Origin: Octopus vulgaris
Lineage: Eukaryota
Assembly (NCBI GenBank): GCA_951406725.2
Contig: OX597824.1
Coordinates: 58,404,001 to 58,468,000, forward strand
Direction: 5' to 3'
Length of the DNA stretch: 64,000 nucleotides
Shown: piece after piece, positions 57,908 through 64,000 of the stretch
How positions within the stretch are numbered: the stretch's first letter is position 1
Layout of the letters: every line of letters begins with the position of its first letter
Position numbers and translations under genes: made by a program
Notes under the pieces: model-generated
What the model saw: only the letters and a program-made list of their open reading frames with translations
Told to the model about the DNA's origin: nothing
The model's database searches: none

Positions 57908-58970
57908 ATATATATATATATATATATTCTTTTACTTGTTTCACTCATTTGACTGCGGTCATGCTTGAGCTCCGCCTTTAGTCGAACAAATCGACCCCAG
58001 GAATTATTCTATCGCTCACTATTCCTAAGTTATGGGACAAAAACACACCAACGTCGGTTGTCAAGCGATCGTGGGGGACAAACACAGACTCATAAACACA
58101 CACAGATATAGACATACACACACACAGACATACACACACACACACACACACATATACGACGGGCTTCTTCCAATTTCCGTCTACCAAATCCACTCACACT
58201 TGCCCAAGGTGCCATACAGTGGGTCTGAGTTTACGTCTTTGTAAACTAGCAGTTCGGCAAATATACTAGTAGTATAAATTCCAGGTTTTAAAAAGTTAAG
58301 TTCTGAGGTCGATACATTCATCTAAAAATCTATTAAACGGTGCCCCAGCATGGCCACAGTTTAATGACTAAATCAAGTAAAAGATAAAAGGTAAAAGATA
58401 TAGCTTTATTCCTTTCGATTTTCCATTGTGATCTCCTTATCTTCGAATCTTTGTCGTTGAGAGGAAATGAGGAGTAGAAGAAGAGAAAGAGGAAGAAGAA
58501 GAAGAAAAAAGAAGGAAAATGCACTCTCTAAATAAATAAATGGTAACAACAGTCATCGAGCTATACAACTTAAAGTTATTATTTATAAAATATTTAATGA
58601 CAGAACAGTGGAGAAACTCCCTTTATAATCACACAGTCTCGGATTAGTACCTTCGGCCTAGTCTTGTGGATTAAAGTGGCAATAGGAATGTGTGCGGAAG
58701 CTCATCAGATGGACCATAGTAGTGATTAAAAGATACTATAACCGTGTCACACTGACTGTGGCTGAGGGTTACATTAAGTAAACAAATATCTGTGTGATAC
58801 TCAACCATTTTGCGTTAATCGAATATGCATTCATCAGTGAAACTGATCCACGATCTTGTTTATATATATTTGGCTATGATCCAAGGAAAAGAAACCACTA
58901 AAATAATTATCTCGTGGTTTTATTCTTTTCGTCTTTTATTCTTCTTCACTGTTTAATTGCATAATTTACA

Positions 58971-59011
<41 letters not shown>

Positions 59012-59121
59012 AAAATAGGATAAAATCTTCATTGGAATTTATCAAGTAGTTAGCGTGAAAAACATCATAAGAGAAAAAAACCATCAACTTTTTCTTTTAA
59101 ATTTATTTATTTATATTATAT

Positions 59122-59455
59122 AGAGGGTATTATGACACATAGATGCTTCACGCTAGGAGGGACTCTTAAAGTAAAAACTACTAAAATAAATAAACACATC
59201 ATACCGAAACCAACTCTCGAAGCAGGTAATTTAAAAACAAAATTTGGCCACATATCACACTGTGATTTCGTAATCGGTGCAGTAATAAACACTCTTTACT
59301 CTGCACCGATTACGAAATCACAGTGTGATATGTGGCTAAATTCTGTTTTTAAATGACCTGCTTCGAGAATTGGTTTCGTTACGACGTGTTTATTTATTTT
59401 AGTAGTTTTTACTTTAAGAGTCCTTCCTAGCGTGAGGCATCTATGTGTAATAGTG

Positions 59456-59461
<6 letters not shown>
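59122..59461. mobile_element. 340 bp fold-back palindrome between microsatellites
   Basis: Arms 59122-59282 and 59301-59461 are reverse complements with scattered mismatches; 18 nt spacer. Confidence 0.85.
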
Positions 59462-59524
<63 letters not shown>

Positions 59525-59552
59525 AACAAGGTAAAATACACTCATCTATTTA

Positions 59553-59609
<57 letters not shown>

Positions 59610-60251
59610 TGTTTTCAGTAATTTATCGTTGTATTCACCGTTTCTTCCTTGCTTGTTCAATAATATTTAGCTCAGTATTTAATTCTTAATTCTTCTCTTT
59701 AAATATAAATTACATCAACATTTCAACCAGCGAAATTTAGTGTCTTATCGAATTTTACACTTCTTCCTCAATTAGTAATTTTCAGTCTTCTAGTCTTGAT
59801 ATTGTAGTAGACGCTGCTCTCATTGACGCTGGTGTTGTTGTAGCGTTGTTCGTGTTCTTTATATTGTTTTTGATGCTGGCGTTATTCTTATTGCGTTATT
59901 GTTGCTGCTGTTGTTGACGTTATTACCGATAATGTCATTGGTATTGTTATTATTTCTAACGTTGCGCTATTTTTGTTGTATTGTTCTTATTGCTGTTGAC
60001 GTTAGTCCTGTTGATGTTATTCTTCTACATCTTCTTCTTGTTGTCGTTTAACCACTGGGCAATCCTAATCAAGCAAACTTGTTCTTAAAAAGATGTCACG
60101 GGAAAACACTAGTTTCAATTTTATTTTAACCTCAGTCTATTATCCTTCTTTTTGAAGGCAGTAGGATCTAATTTAAGAAATTTGATTCCCATTTCTAGGA
60201 GGTCGTCAAACAATATATACTTGTTGTAATCATTATGTTCTTACTGTGTTC

Positions 60252-60445
60252 AAGGCAGCGTGCTGGCGGAATCATTTTCACGCCAGGCAGAATGCTTGGT
60301 AGAATTTCGTCCGTCTTTACATTCTGAGTTCAAATGCTGTCGAGGTCGACTTTGCCTTTCATCCTTACCAGTTGAGTATTGGGGTCGATTTATCCCCACC
60401 CCGCGAAATTGTTGGCCTTGTTCCAAAATTTGAAACCATTATTAT
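60252..60445 (+). mobile_element. tRNA SINE (4433 family)
   Basis: Family sequence with an ATT tail. Confidence 0.75.
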
Positions 60446-60612
60446 TGTTTTGTTTTCACCGTGGTCCACTAAGCCTTTCATCTTTTCGGATCAATAAAAT
60501 AAATAACAAAAGATACCCTAAGGTGCACTAGTGGATCCAGCACACGCTAGTAATATGTATTTCACAGAATATTTTAAATAATAATAATAATAATAACAAC
60601 AACAACAACAAC

Positions 60613-62410
60613 AACAACAATAATAATAATAATGAGTAAACGTTGTAAAAGGAGAACCCATAACAAAGTCAACTAAAAAAGAGAAAGAACGGCGGATAGA
60701 TAATCATAAATAATATGAAATAGTTGATCTATGATTCACACATACTACTATGCAACTTTCAGATGTCGAAAAATAATAGTGGTGATGACGATGGTGACGA
60801 ACGTTACCTTACCTCAGTTAATGAGAGACAAGAGTTTCCTAACAAACTCTGGTTGTAACAGTGAAAATAAGGCTGGACCATTAAGGGAAGGCCTCTCGCT
60901 CGGCAGTGGTTCAGTAAAGATACAGGCTGACCACAGCTGTTATCCTAATACAGCACCAGCAGACAATAGAACAAAGAGGAGGAAATGGACCAGCGAAGAA
61001 AACAGGATAGTGATGCAGTGCTACTTAGAAAGAGAATCTAAAAGATGGGGCTATAAAAAACAGATATTAACACTTTGAGTAGAGAAGGGTATGTTTAAAG
61101 TCCTAAGCAGAGATTAGTTGATCAAGCTAATACTATTAGGAGAAAAAAAGTGAATGACAGAACTGGAAGCAGAAGAGAACACAAGAAAACTGGAAAAGAA
61201 AGACCATGCAGTAGGAAGGACAGTTATAGAAGAGCTGAAACAACATATCATAGCAGTAGCAGGCAAGCTCTCCATATAGCAGAAAAGAATAGATGAGTCT
61301 CAACAGAAAAGATTATTTAAGACAGACCAGAGAAGATTTTATAACCAACTAAATAGTGGAGAACGAGGTACTGAAGATGAGAAACCTAATGCAGAAGAAG
61401 CTAGAAAGTTCTGGAGTAATATTTGGGATAAGCCAGTCAATCACGATGGAGATGCAGAATGGTTAAGTAAGTGAGGGAAGAAGTGAGAAGCAACCAGCTC
61501 TATTAACTTTCCTTCATTAAAAGCTGCTAGAGTCACAGCAAGACAATATGGAAACCAAAGATCCAAACGAACTTAAAAACCAGAATAAAAAACAGAAATT
61601 ATATGGCTGGCAGGAGAAAGGCGTTGCATGATAGATTCCCAAAGATAGTTGCAGCAAATAGTAGTAGAGATACATGGTTATGGTTCCAGAAGGGAAAGCT
61701 GAAGAGGGAGACAGAAAGTTTGTTAGTAGCTGCACTATATCAAGCATTAAGGTCTAATTGGATAAAAGCCAAGATAGACAAAAATCAAGAAAAGTCCCAA
61801 GTTGATTATGCAAATCAAAAGAGGAAAGCGTTATTCACATAGTAAGTGAATGTAGAATGCTTGCACAGGAAGAATACAAGAAAAGACATGACAATCTAGG
61901 GAAAGTAATCCACTGGGAGCTATGCAGAGAGCTAGGATTTGAACATACTGATAAATTGTATGAACATGAACCTAGTAAAATAGTAGAAATAAGAAATGCA
62001 AGATGTTGTGGGACTTCAACATTCGGGCTGACAGAGTATTAAAAGCTAGAAGGCCTGATTTGGTGCTAGTAGTAGTAGTAGTCCCAAATGATGAAAACAT
62101 TAATAGGAGAGGTATAGAAAAAATAGCAAAGTACGAGGACCTAGCTATTCAATTACAGAGACTATGGAAATTGCGAGTAAAATGTATCCCAGTAGTTATA
62201 GATGCATTGGGAACTATCCTTAAAGATTTGATAGAGGGAATAGACATAAAACCCAGTTTAATACAGCTGCAAAAAACAGTATTAATAGGGACAACTAGGA
62301 TACTTAAGAGGGTTCTTGGCATTTAAGATTATTTATTGTAGCCCGATATTAGGATTTTTTTCTTTTCCAATAGTCTAATCTGTTGAATGAGTATGAAAAT
62401 AATGATAATA
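60613..62410 (+). mobile_element. Internally deleted R4/Dong-like LINE (RT core missing)
   Basis: RRKWTSEENRIVMQCY, QRLVDQANTIR, EEARKFWSNIW, then directly TWLWFQKGKLKRETE, RHDNLGKVIHW, LWDFNIRAD..RRPDL, LQKTVLIGT; (TAA)-type repeats at both ends. Confidence 0.8.
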
Positions 62411-62499
62411 TCCGAAGTCAAAAGACTGATGCAGACCAAGCAACAATCCTTCAGTGGCTAAGACGTTCAGGATTGAAAGCAGAGACTGAAGGCTTCATA

Positions 62500-63788
62500 C
62501 GAGGGGCGTTCAATAAGTAATGCCTCTGACCCACTTGCAGTTGTTTGATCTAGCTGAAATTTTGCATGTGCAATTATTTATATCTCTATAGATTAAGTGG
62601 CAAATTACAGCTCTGAACTAATTGTGGTTTCCGATTTACAGGTGTTTGAACTGAGTCAAGTGTGAAATGGAGCATGTTGAGTGTCGAACAGTGATCCGGT
62701 TTTTGTATTTGAAAGGACGCACACCACGGGAGGCTTTTGATGAAATGAAAGTAACTTATGGTGATGATGCCCCATCATATGACCTTGTAAAACGCTGGCA
62801 TCGTGAATTCAAACATGGTCGGAACTCTGTGGAAACAGCTCCCAGATCTGGTCGCCCTCTTCTGCCATTGATGAGGCATCTGTCTGTCAAGTTGAGGCTG
62901 CCATTTTGGAAGATCGATGCATAACTATTCGCCAAATAGCCCATGAGGTCAAGATTAGTACCGGGTCTGTGGAAACTATCATTCATGACCATTTGCATAT
63001 GCAAAAGGTGTCTGCCAGATGGATTCCCAGGCTGCTCACACCTTTTCAGAAGCAAGAACGCATCGATTGCTCGAGGATGAATTTGGAGATGTGCCAAGAT
63101 GAGTCAAAATTTTTCAAAAGACTGATTGCATAGGATAAAACCTGGGTCCATCACTATGATCCAGAGACCAAAGCCCAATCAATGCAGTGGAAGCACCGTG
63201 ACTTACCTCCTCCAAAGAAGGCAAGGGTGCAGCCCTCCGCTGGCAAGGTCATGCTTACAGTCTTCTGGGACCAGGAGGGGGTAGTGAAGACAGATTTCCT
63301 GGCAAAGGGTGCCACAATTATAGGAGTCTATTATGCTTCACTTTTGAGGAAATTAAGAGAAGCTATCAAAATCAAGAAGCGGGGCAAGATCAGCAAAGGC
63401 ATCCTCCTCCTGCAGGACAACGCTCCGGTCCACAACTCGCGTGTCGCCAGATCAGAAGCACAGGCGTGCGGCTATGAACTCATCTCCCATCCCCCCTACT
63501 CTCTTGACCTTGCACCCTCTGATTTTCACCTCTCCCCAGCCATGAAGTTGTTTTTGAAAGGAAAGCGTTTCCCAGATGATGCAGCCTTGATTTCTGAAGT
63601 CACGTCGTGGTTGGAGGACCAAGCTGGGGTCTTCTACAAAAACGGTCTTCAGAGCTGCATCAAACGATGGGAGAAATGCGTAACTCTGGGTGGTTCCTAT
63701 GTAGAAAAAGACTAATAACTGTTCCAAGTTTCGTTGCTCTACTGCTATGGGAAGTGGGTCAGGGGCATTACTTATTGAACGCCCCTCG
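62500..63788 (+). mobile_element. Full-length mariner (DD34D) transposon, 1289 bp
   Basis: 37 bp TIRs CGAGGGGCGTTCAATAAGTAATGCC(T/C)CTGACCCACTT with 1 mismatch; TA duplication at 62498-62499 and 63789-63790. Confidence 0.95.
62667..63715 (+). pseudogene. Mariner transposase pseudogene
   Basis: RSGRP, WIPRLL, DKTWVHHYDP, LQDNAPVH, HPPYSLDLAPSDF; one frameshift near 62860 and a TAG at 63131-63133. Confidence 0.92.
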
Positions 63789-64000
63789 TACTGGCGACAC
63801 AAGATCAAAACTTGCTAACCAGAAATTGCTAGGCTAACGTTCTTCAAAACGGTACTGACCCAAAATGCAAATTCTTCGACACATTTGACGAAACAATAGA
63901 TGTCTTGGGATGTCTTTTTATGACAGCAAATGAATACAAAAATCACCATTATAGGGTCGTTCAGTATTTACATCGGTACTCCTGCTTACTGGTATGAACA

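Larger units (their letters stand above)
57515..58225. mobile_element. Two opposed CORE-SINE fragments flanking a (TA)n-embedded element
   Basis: 5' part on + at 57515-57670; minus-strand copy at ~57925-58225. Confidence 0.7.
62411..64000 (+). mobile_element. R4/Dong-like LINE fragment split by the mariner
   Basis: QWLRRSGLKAETEGFI | mariner | LATQDQNLLTRN..DPKCKF; same family as 45950-46660. Confidence 0.75.

Noticed and set aside
58700-58712. CTGATGAGC on the minus strand
   Set aside because: No downstream stem II or GAAA.

Overview
AT-rich, microsatellite-saturated animal DNA. The repeat inventory resembles what I recall of an Octopus/coleoid genome, which is an inference. I see no intact host gene. 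Almost all listed ORFs are (TA)n/(CA)n/(TAA)n artefacts or decayed transposon frames. The window holds several degenerate R4/Dong-like RLE non-LTR retrotransposons sitting in (TAA)n tracts, one Penelope-like element (RT + GIY-YIG), a full-length but disrupted mariner (TIRs, TA duplication), DD37D-like, Tc1/mariner-like and pogo/Tc2-like fragments, non-autonomous Helitrons, and many tRNA-derived SINEs of about four families. The most notable signal is a set of short elements embedded in (TA)n that carry minimal type-I hammerhead-ribozyme folds. Their catalytic cores covary at the tertiary 3:8 base pair (C3:G8, G3:C8, U3:A8), one has U4C, and some lie in long fold-back palindromes. There are also several locally templated insertions, a candidate recursive splice site and a CRE/E-box cluster. 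Boundaries of decayed repeats are approximate and no ribozyme activity has been tested.
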